Positions 1 to 10,724 of a stretch of DNA of 64,000 bases are shown here, piece by piece. The stretch is from sequence record SRR9188677_178; one strand, given 5' to 3'. How positions within the stretch are numbered: the first letter of the stretch is position 1; each line of letters starts with the position of its first letter. A program made the position numbers and the translations under genes. The notes below the pieces were generated by a model. It saw only the letters and a list, made by a program, of their open reading frames with translations. It was not told the DNA's origin and made no database searches.

Positions 1-1002
1 CTGGAAGCGGCGCTCCAGCGCAGCGTCTTTTTCAATATATTTACGGTATTCATCCAGCGTGGTCGCGCCGACGCAGTGCAATTCGCCACGTGCCAGGGCA
101 GGTTTCAGCATATTGCCGGCATCCATGGCGCCTTCTGATTTACCGGCGCCAACCATGGTATGAATTTCATCGATAAACACAATGGTCTGGCCTTCATCCT
201 GAGCCAGCTCTTTCAGCACTGCTTTCAGGCGCTCTTCAAACTCACCGCGGTATTTAGCACCTGCCAGCAATGCAGCCATATCCAGGCTGAGGACTTTTTT
301 GTTCTTGAGTGAATCGGGCACTTCGCCATTAACGATACGCTGCGCCAGCCCTTCGACAATGGCAGTTTTACCCACCCCTGGCTCACCGATCAATACCGGG
401 TTATTTTTGGTGCGGCGTTGCAATACCTGAATGGCACGGCGTATCTCATCGTCACGGCCAATGACAGGGTCCAGCTTACCGGCACGGGCGCGCTCGGTCA
501 GGTCCAGCGTAAATTTCTTCAACGCTTCGCGCTGCCCTTCAGCCTCCTGGCTATTCACGGTGTCATTGCCGCGGACCGCTTTAATGGCTTGTTCCAGCGT
601 GGCCTTATTCAAGCCATGCTGTTTCAGCAATCTACCGGTTTCGCCCTTATCATCAGTCAAGGCCAGCAGGAACATTTCGCTGGCTATGTAGCTGTCGCCA
701 CTTTTCTGGGCGAGTTTGTCGGTGATATTGAGCAGGTTATTCAGGTCTCGTGAAATAGTGACTTCACCACTGTTTTCACTGACCTTAGGCAAGGCATCTA
801 CAGCCTGTTGGAGGCTGGTTTTCAAGGCATGCACTTGCGCGCCTGCCCGTGAGAGCAAAGCGGCCACGCCGCTATCGTCCTGGTTCAGCATCGCCAGTAA
901 TAAATGTGGTGCTTCTATCGTTGGTTGGTCGGCGCCGACTGCCATGCTTTGCGCATCGGCAAGTGCCTGCTGGAATTTGGTAGTGAGCTTATCAAAACGC
1001 AC
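1..1002 (-). CDS. clpB: ATP-dependent chaperone ClpB, N-terminal part (runs off the left edge)
   Basis: Not in the ORF track; translated by hand. GTG start at 1002 gives [14 protein letters not shown]...; the frame contains [18 protein letters not shown] (Walker A), FIDEIH (Walker B) and [23 protein letters not shown]. Confidence 0.95.
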   Translation of the reverse strand, partial: MRFDKLTTKFQQALADAQSMAVGADQPTIEAPHLLLAMLNQDDSGVAALLSRAGAQVHALKTSLQQAVDALPKVSENSGEVTISRDLNNLLNITDKLAQKSGDSYIASEMFLLALTDDKGETGRLLKQHGLNKATLEQAIKAVRGNDTVNSQEAEGQREALKKFTLDLTERARAGKLDPVIGRDDEIRRAIQVLQRRTKNNPVLIGEPGVGKTAIVEGLAQRIVNGEVPDSLKNKKVLSLDMAALLAGAKYRGEFEERLKAVLKELAQDEGQTIVFIDEIHTMVGAGKSEGAMDAGNMLKPALARGELHCVGATTLDEYRKYIEKDAALERRFQ

Positions 1003-1055
1003 GTTAAACCCTTTCACACAAAAGTCATGTCGTATGCTGCGACGGGATAACCCTA

Positions 1056-1083
1056 TAATGAGGCGGGTTTTTGTGTTTTCAAT
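1056..1083 (-). promoter_or_regulatory. Putative sigma32 (RpoH) heat-shock promoter of clpB
   Basis: Minus strand reads ATTGAAA-N13-CCTCATTA, close to the sigma32 consensus CTTGAAA-N13/14-CCCCAT, about 55 bp upstream of clpB. Confidence 0.65.
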
Positions 1084-1132
1084 AGAGCCAGATCAAATTC
1101 GGGTCAGTTTTACAGGCTTGGGTATTACATTT

Positions 1133-2323
1133 CTATTGCGGATATGGCATTAAAATCAGCCCTTTTTCAGCACTGTTCACCGCCAGCATTGACTGGCCGC
1201 GAACATTCAGCCATTGCGGATAATCAAGTTTGCCCGCACTGTGAATAGCTAAGGTCGGCAAACCCCAAGTTTTACCGCCATCCAGTGAAGTCATTGTCAT
1301 CATATCCATGCCTTCATTGTTGCGTTCCTGCCATGCCAGCCAGACTTTGTCTCCCACGCTCAGCAGTGCCGGATGCCCGGCGTTCTTTTTTGGGTCTCCA
1401 ATGGGTCTCGGCGGTGTCATCACCCACGCTTGCCCATCCATACGCACCAGGCGCAATCCCGGCTTGTTACCGGCACCATCAAAATACGCCAGGTGGTAAC
1501 CAAAACCTTCACCCACTGCAAGGGCGGCACCGTGATGCGGGCATCCATCAATCTTCCAGCGGCCATAGCTGGCACGCACGATAGCCGGCTTGCCAGCGCC
1601 TGCTTTGTTTATTTCCGCCATGGCATGGTCGCGCTCGCTACCTTCGAACACATGCCGCCACAGTACAGCTACTGTGCTATCAGGTTTACTGGTCATGGCA
1701 ATCCGGCAACATTCGCAACTGCTATCCGCGAGCTTTTGCTCCGGCATAAAGCTTTTGCCCTGGTCGGTGGATATAGCGTAATAAATCCCGGCGCCGTGAT
1801 AGGTTTTTCCGGCAGCCTTTGCCGCCACCAGGTCTCGCTTATCAACCCATGCAACGGTAATGGTGCCGTCAGCAGCTACCTGCAAGGCCTCAAACGCATG
1901 CGTGATCTCTGCCCTGTCCTGATGCACAATATATGGGTCATCAAAGTGCTTACCACCATCGGTGGAGCGAGCAAACCAAACATAGCCTGCATAGGCTTTT
2001 CTAAGTGACTCAGTCCAACTGAGGTAGATATTGCCATTACTGGCAATCGCAATCTTAGGCCTGGCCTCGGCACCGGCGGACACTTTCATTGGCTTAGTGT
2101 TCACTGCCACTTCCGGACTGAAATGTTGCCCGGCGTCCTCACTGGAAGAAACCCACACTTGACCCTTGCTTGTACGTGCCTGCCACACTCTGCCATCACT
2201 GTCTGTTGTCAGGCTGATCGCCAGTCCGGATGCAGAATGATCAGCATGGCTGTCATGCGCATTCACCTGGCTAAAAAAACCAAAACCCAGGACCACCATC
2301 AATCCGTTCACCAGCCATCTCAC
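1133..2323 (-). CDS. Secreted BNR/Asp-box (sialidase-fold) beta-propeller protein
   Basis: Signal peptide; Asp-boxes SEDAGQHF, STDGGKHF, STDQGKSF and SLDGGKTW; CECC and CPHHG motifs; His-rich mature N-terminus. Confidence 0.75.
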   Translation of the reverse strand: MRWLVNGLMVVLGFGFFSQVNAHDSHADHSASGLAISLTTDSDGRVWQARTSKGQVWVSSSEDAGQHFSPEVAVNTKPMKVSAGAEARPKIAIASNGNIYLSWTESLRKAYAGYVWFARSTDGGKHFDDPYIVHQDRAEITHAFEALQVAADGTITVAWVDKRDLVAAKAAGKTYHGAGIYYAISTDQGKSFMPEQKLADSSCECCRIAMTSKPDSTVAVLWRHVFEGSERDHAMAEINKAGAGKPAIVRASYGRWKIDGCPHHGAALAVGEGFGYHLAYFDGAGNKPGLRLVRMDGQAWVMTPPRPIGDPKKNAGHPALLSVGDKVWLAWQERNNEGMDMMTMTSLDGGKTWGLPTLAIHSAGKLDYPQWLNVRGQSMLAVNSAEKGLILMPYPQ

Positions 2324-2461
2324 CGCTAGATTTCCTTACTAAAATATATTAAAAAAAATAATTCTTTACAAATAACAAAGCTGCTAAAGTTAGGGGGGTC
2401 AAAAGCCGTTAACCCAAATAACTGGATGAATAACGACGACATGTCGAACAGCAATTAATTT

Positions 2462-5407
2462 ATGACTATGCAAGCAACCTTTGATCATCATAGCACAGCG
2501 TGGCTACAGCCTTTGGCGGCCGCCATGCCGGATATGCCCATGCTGGCAATCAACCGCCGGGCACAGTGCTCGGCAGCCAACGAGATGGCAAAAACGTTGC
2601 TGGGAGAAAGCATAGGCAGCTTGCCCAAAGAGATGCAACAGGCATTGATAAGAGCCATACGCGAGAATAAAACCGAACTTACAGTGCAAACCCGCTTGAA
2701 TGGTTTAAACCGCGAGTTTAAATGCCGCCTGTTTTATGCCCAGAATGGCCGGCGTGCAATTGGCTTGATGCTGGAAGAACAAGAAAATACATTAGCCCAG
2801 CAATTAGTGCATATGCAGTCCATTGTGCATTCATTGATTGAAATGAGCCCTGACCTGATCTGCATCAAAGACCATGACAATCGCTGGATGATGGCCAATC
2901 AGCGTATGTTGAACACCTTTCAGATCGACAATAACGATTACGAATTCCGTAATAATCTGCAAATTGCGGATAACTTGCATCCGGTATTCCGGAACAGTTT
3001 TGAACACCACGAGAAGTCTGACCAGACTGTATGGCAAACGCGCCAGCCTTACCACAATGAAGAACTGGTGCATTTGCCGCAAGGTGGTTACAAAACGCTG
3101 GAAGTGAATAAAACCGCTTATTACGACCAGGATGAACAGCCCAGCCACCTGATTAGCGTGGCGCGTGATGTCAGCGAACAAAAGTTTATTGAAGGCCAAT
3201 TAGTCAATCGCAGCGCGGTGCTGGATACGTTAATTTCTTGCGACTGGATGCTGCATTCAGCAGAACGCTGGCAAACCGTTGCCGAAAATGTACTGCAGCA
3301 ATGCTGCTTGTCTTTCCGCTTTAGCCGTGCGATTTTGCTGCAACATCACACAACAACGACTGCACGCAAAAAAACCGAAACACGTTCCAAAGCTTTATTC
3401 CACTGGGCGACCAACGGCTTCCACTCGACTTACGAGCATTGGGAGAAAATTTCATTCCACTCCCCTGAACTGAAGCGCTGGCATGAGTTGCTCTCCAAAG
3501 GGCAGCCGGTCATGTGCGATGCGCATACCTTGCCGGAAGATGAGCGTTTCCTGCTCAAATCGCATGATACCGTCAACCTGGTGATTGTGCCGCTGATGAT
3601 AGATCATGAGTGGTGGGGATCAATGGTGATTGAGCGTTGTTTCGATGCCGAGAGCACCAGCTCGCAAGAATTAGGCTCTTTGATGGCGATTGGTCGTACC
3701 TTGAGCGTGGCTATAGACCGCGAGCAAACCGGCAAAAGTCTGAAACTGGCCAAGATTGCCTTCGACAGTACCACCGAGGGCATCATGATTGTGAATCCCG
3801 CCGGGGAACTGGTAGGGATTAATGAAGGCTACACCCTGATCACTGGCTTTGATGAAGCTGAAGTACTGGGGACCAAACCGCAAATCTTCCGCCAACGCCC
3901 GCGTGGCCTGTTTGGTGCACTCAAGCGTCATGGCAAATGGTCAGGCGAGATTGAGACCGTACGTAAGAGTGGTGAAAGCTATACCGAATGGATGACGATT
4001 ACCGCAGTGCGCAACCATGCCAACGTGATTACCAATTATGTGGGTGTGTTTGCGGACATCACCGAAATGAAGCGCTCACAAGTGCAACTCAATTCGCTGG
4101 TCAACCACGACCCGTTAACAGGCCTGCCTAACCGCAGATTGATTAATCATCTGTTTACACATGCCATTCAGCGGGCTAACCGCAATGAGCAGCAGGCAGC
4201 GGTATTGTTTATTGACCTGGACAGGTTCAAGAATATTAATGACAGCCTGGGTCATTACACAGGCGACCAGCTGCTGCTGGGCGTGACCGAGCGTATACAG
4301 GCCTCTTTGCGAGAATCTGACATTGTCGGCCGACTGGGTGGTGATGAATTTATCGTGTTGCTGGAAAACCTGCACAACAAGGCAGATGCTGCGCAAAAAG
4401 CACAGGATATCCTGGATACGCTGAAACGCCAGTTCATGATTGATCATCATGAAATATTTATCGGCGCCAGTATTGGTATTTCCATGTATCCTCATGATGC
4501 CAAGGATGTTGAAGGACTGATCAAGGCCGCTGACCTCGCGATGTACCAGGTCAAAAACAATGGTAAAAACCACGTGGCATTCTACGACGCTGCGTTGAGC
4601 CGTAATGCGGTGGAGCATTTCCAGCTGGAAACAGAGTTACGCCAGGCGCTATCCAGAAAACAGCTCAAAATGTTCTACCAGGCGCAAATTGACCTGACTA
4701 CCGGCATGATTATCGGGGCAGAAGCGTTGATACGCTGGCAGCACCCGACCCAGGGCCTGATTCCACCCATGAAGTTTATTCCGCTGGCGGAAGAAACCGG
4801 CTTGATCTTAAGCATAGGTGAATGGGCATTGCGTGAATCTGTGCGCCAGGCGCATGCGTGGCACAAACTGCATCCCGAATTCAAAAAAATTGCGATCAAT
4901 GTGTCCGCCGTGCAAATCATGAAGAGCAAGTTTGCCGATACTGTATACGGCATCCTGATGGAAAGTGATTGTGACCCGGCCATCATAGAGCTTGAAATCA
5001 CCGAAAGCACGCTGATGCAACATACGCAGCATGTGGTGGATACCTTCAACCAGTTAAAGAAACTGGGTATCAGCATTGCAATTGATGATTTTGGCACCGG
5101 CTACTCATCGCTGTCGCACTTAAAACGTTTGCCATTAGACCAGATTAAAATCGACCGCAGCTTTGTCAAAGATTTGCCAGATGACAAAGATGATGCGGCT
5201 ATTACCAGTGCCATTTATGCGATGGCGACCCAGTTGGGATTCACTGTCGTTGCTGAAGGAGTAGAAACAGAAGAACAGGAAAAATTCTTACAGCGTTTGG
5301 GTTGCCAGACGGCGCAAGGCTATTTGTATGCCTACCCGGTCAATTCGGACGACTTTTTGCAGTTATTAGTGTTAAATAATCAAAGAAAAATAAAACGCCA
5401 TGCCTAA
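2462..5407 (+). CDS. PAS/GAF/PAS-GGDEF-EAL c-di-GMP signalling protein
   Basis: HDPLTGLPNR, RLGGDEF, EALIRW and DDFGTGYSS motifs; PAS- and GAF-like N-terminus. Confidence 0.9.
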   Translation: MTMQATFDHHSTAWLQPLAAAMPDMPMLAINRRAQCSAANEMAKTLLGESIGSLPKEMQQALIRAIRENKTELTVQTRLNGLNREFKCRLFYAQNGRRAIGLMLEEQENTLAQQLVHMQSIVHSLIEMSPDLICIKDHDNRWMMANQRMLNTFQIDNNDYEFRNNLQIADNLHPVFRNSFEHHEKSDQTVWQTRQPYHNEELVHLPQGGYKTLEVNKTAYYDQDEQPSHLISVARDVSEQKFIEGQLVNRSAVLDTLISCDWMLHSAERWQTVAENVLQQCCLSFRFSRAILLQHHTTTTARKKTETRSKALFHWATNGFHSTYEHWEKISFHSPELKRWHELLSKGQPVMCDAHTLPEDERFLLKSHDTVNLVIVPLMIDHEWWGSMVIERCFDAESTSSQELGSLMAIGRTLSVAIDREQTGKSLKLAKIAFDSTTEGIMIVNPAGELVGINEGYTLITGFDEAEVLGTKPQIFRQRPRGLFGALKRHGKWSGEIETVRKSGESYTEWMTITAVRNHANVITNYVGVFADITEMKRSQVQLNSLVNHDPLTGLPNRRLINHLFTHAIQRANRNEQQAAVLFIDLDRFKNINDSLGHYTGDQLLLGVTERIQASLRESDIVGRLGGDEFIVLLENLHNKADAAQKAQDILDTLKRQFMIDHHEIFIGASIGISMYPHDAKDVEGLIKAADLAMYQVKNNGKNHVAFYDAALSRNAVEHFQLETELRQALSRKQLKMFYQAQIDLTTGMIIGAEALIRWQHPTQGLIPPMKFIPLAEETGLILSIGEWALRESVRQAHAWHKLHPEFKKIAINVSAVQIMKSKFADTVYGILMESDCDPAIIELEITESTLMQHTQHVVDTFNQLKKLGISIAIDDFGTGYSSLSHLKRLPLDQIKIDRSFVKDLPDDKDDAAITSAIYAMATQLGFTVVAEGVETEEQEKFLQRLGCQTAQGYLYAYPVNSDDFLQLLVLNNQRKIKRHA

Positions 5408-6680
5408 TCACGCCTCCGATACTTTTTACATCGACATAGAACAACTCCAGATCGGACTCTACATCCATCTGGATTTGGGATGGATGGATCACCCATTCTC
5501 CATCAGCAACTTCAAAGTCACTGAAGAATCCCAGATTGAAACCATTAAATCTTTGGGGCTTACGCAATTGCGTTACGACCCGAGACGCAGTTCCAGCACA
5601 CCTTTAAGGTCTGGCAGCCACAACAATGTGGTTGAATTTCCTTTGAAGAAGGCGTTTTTACCAAGACTGGAAGTGATAGACGACAGCCCTGAATTAAGCA
5701 CTGCACAAAAAAAACAATTGGCACTCAAGCACGCGATTACAGAAAGCGAGCAAAAATTCCTTAAGGCCAGCTCCGATGTATGGAACATACAGAAAATGTC
5801 TGTTGAGCATCCAGACAAAGCTTTTGGCCTGGCATCCAGCGTGGTGCAAGACCTGGTAACCAGCACACTGACTGAGGGTGACGTGGCCATCCATGCCATG
5901 AATGGCCATCGTATTGGTGACCAGCATTACCAGCATGAGCTGAATATCCTGGTGCTTTCAATGCTGTTGGCAAAAAACCTGGATATTTCGGATGATGACG
6001 CCGTTATTCTAGGCATGGCCGCCATTTTGCACGACATTGGCAAAAGGCAGATCAGCGACAAGATTTTATTGAAAAAAGACCCGTTAAGTGTGCGCGAAAC
6101 CGCCATTTACCAAACCCACGTAATGCTGGGCCTGAATATGCTGAAAGAGGTTTCAGTCCCCAGGAAAATACTCTCCATCATAGGCCAGCATCATGAGTTT
6201 GCCGATGGCAGTGGTTACCCGAAAGGCCTGCATTGCGATGATATTGATCCGTTATCGCATATCCTGATTATTACAAATATGTACGATAATCTGTGCAACC
6301 CTTCAAACCCGGCGTTGGCCAAAACCCCATATGAAGCCTTAAGCGTGATGTTTGCCCAGCAGCGCCACCAGTTTGACCAGACTATTCTGCGCCGCTTTAT
6401 CAAGTGCCTTGGCATTTATCCTCCAGGCAGCGTGATCAGACTTTCTGACCAGAAACTGGCGACCGTATTATCGACCAATCCACAACAACCTTTGCGCCCG
6501 TTTATTCAAATGATCACGGATGACAATGACGAAGATGGTGAAATTATCGACTTGCGTGAAGTGTTGGATCTAAATATTATCCAATGCCTTAAACCTGAGC
6601 AGTTACCTACTATCCTGCAAAAAATGATGCGCCAGAAACAGCGCACCAGCTACTTCCTGGACAAAGTCATCAGCGCTTAG
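5400..6680 (+). CDS. HD-GYP phosphodiesterase with DUF3391-like N-terminus
   Basis: LHDIGK and HHEFADGSGYP motifs; N-terminus IDIEQLQIGLYIHLDLGWMDHPF; overlaps the upstream gene by 8 bp. Confidence 0.85.
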   Translation: MPNHASDTFYIDIEQLQIGLYIHLDLGWMDHPFSISNFKVTEESQIETIKSLGLTQLRYDPRRSSSTPLRSGSHNNVVEFPLKKAFLPRLEVIDDSPELSTAQKKQLALKHAITESEQKFLKASSDVWNIQKMSVEHPDKAFGLASSVVQDLVTSTLTEGDVAIHAMNGHRIGDQHYQHELNILVLSMLLAKNLDISDDDAVILGMAAILHDIGKRQISDKILLKKDPLSVRETAIYQTHVMLGLNMLKEVSVPRKILSIIGQHHEFADGSGYPKGLHCDDIDPLSHILIITNMYDNLCNPSNPALAKTPYEALSVMFAQQRHQFDQTILRRFIKCLGIYPPGSVIRLSDQKLATVLSTNPQQPLRPFIQMITDDNDEDGEIIDLREVLDLNIIQCLKPEQLPTILQKMMRQKQRTSYFLDKVISA

Positions 6681-6691
6681 TTAAGGTTGAA

Positions 6692-6719
6692 AATGCCTCC
6701 TGTAAATACAAGAGGCATT
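6692..6719. terminator. Hairpin between convergent genes, probable terminator
   Basis: AATGCCTC...GAGGCATT inverted repeat. Confidence 0.5.
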
Positions 6720-6766
6720 ATTAATCAGGCTGTCCTCTGACCAAGTCAGCCTCTTGGTTACAGCAA

Positions 6767-7240
6767 TCAATGATGCATATGCATATGAGAATCTGAGTCA
6801 GATTCTGGAGGCGCAGTTGCAGTGGCTTTGATTGATACGGTTGCCTTGTTTCCGCCTTCATCCTGCGTCACTAAACTGATAGGCACTGTTTCACCTTCTT
6901 TGATTTGGTGTTTCAATTCCATCAGCATAATATGAAACCCGCCTGGCTTTAATTCCACCAGCTTTCCGGCTTTGAGCTGTAAACGGTCGACTCTTTTCAT
7001 CCTCATGATATTGCCCGTCATCGACATTGAATGCAGCTCAGTTTTACCTGCAACTGGTGAGGATAACGCTACAATCTCAACATTTTTATCAGAGGTTAAT
7101 TGCATATAGGCAGCGCCCACTGGCTGCCCCGTCACAGTCGGTTTTACCCATGCATTCGCTACCTTCAGTTCTGCATGGGCTGCGATGGTGAAACAGGCCA
7201 TGCTGATAACGACCACTATTTTTTTTACATAAGACTTCAT
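6767..7240 (-). CDS. Periplasmic copper chaperone PCu(A)C
   Basis: ELHSM...MRM...LKPGGFHIMLM copper-binding signature, signal peptide and His/Met tail. Start placed at the ATG at 7240, which overlaps the upstream stop (ATGA). Confidence 0.88.
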   Translation of the reverse strand: MKSYVKKIVVVISMACFTIAAHAELKVANAWVKPTVTGQPVGAAYMQLTSDKNVEIVALSSPVAGKTELHSMSMTGNIMRMKRVDRLQLKAGKLVELKPGGFHIMLMELKHQIKEGETVPISLVTQDEGGNKATVSIKATATAPPESDSDSHMHMHH

Positions 7241-8613
7241 TGCTGCTCCTTTGTAATCACAAACTGCCAGAGGGTGTCGAAAATGAGTGCACATAGCATG
7301 GAAACACCAAGCAACGGAAATATAACACCCAGCGCCACGGTAATGATGGCGACATTACGCGTTATTTTTCCATCTTGCCGCTTGGGTGGGGCTGCCACGC
7401 GCTTGCCGGCCGGGCGACGCTTCCACCACATCGTTACCGAGGAAATGGTTAGCAGCAACAAGGCAATACAACCCGCCAGCATGATCAACTGGCTGATCAA
7501 GCCATATTGCTTGCCTTGGTGCACAGAGGTTCCCCATTCAGTCACTTTGGCGACAGGGCCATATTCTGCATAACCGGTATCGATGAGTGTCTTTCCTGAG
7601 TACTGGTCAATATGAATCACCCTCTCCTGCATTGCATCGGCGGGAAACTGCAAGGCGGTATATACGCCGCCAGGCCCCATGGGGAGGCGAATAGAATATC
7701 CCGGTTTCAAGCTGGCGGACTCAAACACATGCAGCGCGGCATCCAATCCGATAGATACAATAGCGCCATTCGATTGGTCATCAATTGAAGTCGGCAAAGT
7801 GGTTTTCTTCAGCGTCCACGGCACATCACCTTGTGACTCGAGTGGTATATTGGATTGCGGAACCGCAGCCCAGAGATAGGTGGGGAAACCCCAGCCATAG
7901 GCAGTGCTGATTTTCCCCAGCTGTTGCCCCCAGAACGCAGACCATGGCATCCCCGTCAATGCAAGGAACAGAATAATGCCACCGCCTATCAAGCCAGTGA
8001 GCGCATGCACATCGCGCCACCACACCCGCTTGTCAGGCGTTTCACGCACACGCACAATGTTTGCACTTTTACCACGCGGCCACCAAAGATACAGGCCGGT
8101 GATGACCAGCACCATCGTCCAGCCCGCCACAACCTCCACCAGCCAGTTTGCCCAAGTACCGACTAAGGTCAGAGAGTGCAGCTTTTTGACGATCAGCTCC
8201 CATTGCTGACTCTCGGCATGTGCACCCAGGATTTGACCGGTAAAAGGATTCACCAGCACCTGCACGGTTTCACCATGTGGCTGTTTGATGAGTATGCCCA
8301 TACTGCGATCAATGGTTGCTGGCGTTTGCACCAGTTTCACTTCGCCGGGATACTCGAGTAACACCTGTTGCGTCAGTCGCTGCAGGGAGATCGCTGGTTG
8401 CGAGGAAGGCGCAACGAAGCGCTCATTGTGATAAATCCAATCATTAATCTCATTTTTAAAAAGATATAGACTTCCGGTGATCACGAGGTTAAGCAAGATT
8501 GGTAAACATAATAATCCGGCAAAAAAATGCCAGCGCCACACACGTGCATAGAGTGCAGAACCGGCTTTTGCTGGGGGGATCACCTTTGTATTGACTGATT
8601 GCATCTGTAGCAC
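7237..8613 (-). CDS. PepSY-associated TM domain membrane protein
   Basis: WRWHFFAGL, KLHSL, ITGLYLWWP, RDVHALTG and VHQG His motifs typical of TonB-linked PepSY-TM proteins. Confidence 0.85.
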   Translation of the reverse strand: MLQMQSVNTKVIPPAKAGSALYARVWRWHFFAGLLCLPILLNLVITGSLYLFKNEINDWIYHNERFVAPSSQPAISLQRLTQQVLLEYPGEVKLVQTPATIDRSMGILIKQPHGETVQVLVNPFTGQILGAHAESQQWELIVKKLHSLTLVGTWANWLVEVVAGWTMVLVITGLYLWWPRGKSANIVRVRETPDKRVWWRDVHALTGLIGGGIILFLALTGMPWSAFWGQQLGKISTAYGWGFPTYLWAAVPQSNIPLESQGDVPWTLKKTTLPTSIDDQSNGAIVSIGLDAALHVFESASLKPGYSIRLPMGPGGVYTALQFPADAMQERVIHIDQYSGKTLIDTGYAEYGPVAKVTEWGTSVHQGKQYGLISQLIMLAGCIALLLLTISSVTMWWKRRPAGKRVAAPPKRQDGKITRNVAIITVALGVIFPLLGVSMLCALIFDTLWQFVITKEQQ

Positions 8614-8657
8614 CGATTGTTATTTATTAAGCCCGGTATTATTTACCGGGCTATTTA

Positions 8658-10724
8658 TTAGTAAGTCCAGGTCACACCAAGGTAAGCCGTGCGGCCATCG
8701 CCAGGAAAAAATTGGGCAGGACTTGTGAAGGCGCGTCTTGCATCGGCGATGACACCAGTCGTCGCAGCATATTTCTGGTCAGCTAGGTTACGTCCCTCCA
8801 CAAACCATGACCAATGCTGATTGATTTTCTGTCCGGCTTTGATTCCCCACAGGAAATAGCTATCTGCATATAGCGTCTCAGCAAAGTCAACATTGTAGCG
8901 TTGTGGTGACCACTCAATGGTTGGGCCGATATAGAAGTTTTCGAGAAAGTCGCTGCCACGGTACAACAGCTCGGCCCGCAACAAAGACCGTTGAATTCCG
9001 GGCAGGCGGTTATTACCAAATGTAGGATCACCATCGAGCTTGAAATCATTGATTAACAGACTGGAACGCCATTGCAGGCTATAAGGAAGTCTCGCCGTCA
9101 GTCCAAACTCCAGGCCACGATGGATGGTTTTCCCGGCATTGATGGTCTGGCTAGCGAAAGGTGAACCTAAGGCCCCCACCTGAAGTAGCTCATCCTGCAA
9201 GCGCGCTTGATAAAGCGCGATATCCCAATCAATAAACTCACTATTACCACGTGAGCCAATTTCAAACGTAGTGCCTTTCTGTGCATTTAAGCTGCTGACG
9301 ACCAGGCTATTTAACTCACCAAAACTTGGCGGCTCAAAACTGCGCGATGCATTGGCAAAAAGTTGTACTTGCGGTTGCAATTGATATAGCACACCCAGTT
9401 TCGGGCTGGTCTGGCTATAAGTTTTATACACGCTCTGGTTACCACTGGCGGTGATCAGCTGATCCTGTGAATCGCGTTTGGATTTGGCATATTGCATACC
9501 GGCAATCACTGTCCATTGTTCGTCCAGGCTTAACCTGTCTTCCAGATAGGCTTCAAAGTTGGACGCTTTCTGGTCAAAATTATTCAGCAACGCACCACGC
9601 TTAGCATTCACATTCACGAAGTTTTTTGCATCGGTACGTCCGCGAGTCGGAGACAGTCCGGCAATGAATTCATTTTTAAGTCCGAACAACTCTCCCATGT
9701 GCGACCATCTTGCCGTCAGGCCCACATCGTTGGATAACTGGTCAATCACGCCGGTAGTATCGCCAAAATTGCCTATCGGGTGATATAAGCTTTTATGCGA
9801 ATAAAAAGCGCCTAGTTCCAGTTTGCTCTGGTCAAACAGAATGGTTGTTTTATTCGCCAGCCTGGTCACGTTAATATCCCGTTGATTAATGCCTTGCCCA
9901 GGAGTCACAGTTGCCTGCCTGGGGTCATCTTTCAATTGCGCTTTGGTCAGGCTACTGGAAAGCTGCGAATCGTTGTTGACGTAACCAAAGTAAAAGCGGG
10001 TTTCAACCTGCTCATTTATTTTGATGCCCACATTACCGGTCAGGCGATCAGCACTTTGCTGCGCATTATCACGGAAGCTATCAGTGTGATATTTACTGGC
10101 AGTGACAAAATAATCTACGTCATCTTTGACACCGCCGGTGCTGATGCCCAGGCGGGCATAGCCATAACTACCGCCTTCAGTGCGTATTTCCAGCGGAGAC
10201 GCCGTGTAGCCGGTGCGGGAAATAAAATTGATGCTGCCGCCCAGATTGCTTGAACCATATTGCAGGGCATTGGCGCCACGATAGACTTCAATATAATCCG
10301 TCGCCATCGGGTCGATGGCAGGAAAGTCAAAGCCGCCGTCAGCCAGGTTAATGGCGATGCCATCTTGCATTAATTTCAAACCACGCCCGTGAAATGTGCG
10401 CTGCAGGCCGGAGCCGCGAATCGATAACCGTGTTTCTTCAGCGCCAAAACGTGACTGTGCGAGCACGCCGGTCGCCATGCCCAGCGTATCCTGCATATTA
10501 CTGGTGCGCCCTTCACGTACGGTCACCATATCCACTAAAGTGGTACCGCCTGCTGTTTTCGCCAGCTCTTTTTTGGCCGCCTCAATGTCCGGCTGCGTCA
10601 GTGGTATTTTCTGTTTTTCTGAAACCACATGCACGGTATCCAGATGTTGTGTTCCCTCATGCTCAGCATGTGCGAGATAAGGTAAAGCTGACAAAATCGC
10701 CAGCCCGATGTTGGTATATTTCAT
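8658..10724 (-). CDS. TonB-dependent outer-membrane receptor, probably for copper or another metal
   Basis: Signal peptide, TonB-box-like DTVHV, plug motifs SIRGSG and IEVYRGANALQYG, aromatic C-terminus (GVTWTY). Start at MKYTN. Substrate inferred from neighbours. Confidence 0.88.
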   Translation of the reverse strand: MKYTNIGLAILSALPYLAHAEHEGTQHLDTVHVVSEKQKIPLTQPDIEAAKKELAKTAGGTTLVDMVTVREGRTSNMQDTLGMATGVLAQSRFGAEETRLSIRGSGLQRTFHGRGLKLMQDGIAINLADGGFDFPAIDPMATDYIEVYRGANALQYGSSNLGGSINFISRTGYTASPLEIRTEGGSYGYARLGISTGGVKDDVDYFVTASKYHTDSFRDNAQQSADRLTGNVGIKINEQVETRFYFGYVNNDSQLSSSLTKAQLKDDPRQATVTPGQGINQRDINVTRLANKTTILFDQSKLELGAFYSHKSLYHPIGNFGDTTGVIDQLSNDVGLTARWSHMGELFGLKNEFIAGLSPTRGRTDAKNFVNVNAKRGALLNNFDQKASNFEAYLEDRLSLDEQWTVIAGMQYAKSKRDSQDQLITASGNQSVYKTYSQTSPKLGVLYQLQPQVQLFANASRSFEPPSFGELNSLVVSSLNAQKGTTFEIGSRGNSEFIDWDIALYQARLQDELLQVGALGSPFASQTINAGKTIHRGLEFGLTARLPYSLQWRSSLLINDFKLDGDPTFGNNRLPGIQRSLLRAELLYRGSDFLENFYIGPTIEWSPQRYNVDFAETLYADSYFLWGIKAGQKINQHWSWFVEGRNLADQKYAATTGVIADARRAFTSPAQFFPGDGRTAYLGVTWTY

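Noticed and set aside
418-1153. Plus-strand ORFs 418-753, 431-691 and 716-1153
   Set aside because: They are antisense shadows of clpB, which the ORF track missed because it runs off the window edge.
2433-2447. CGAC-N5-GTCG, resembling a RegA/RegR box
   Set aside because: Single short imperfect match with no supporting second site.
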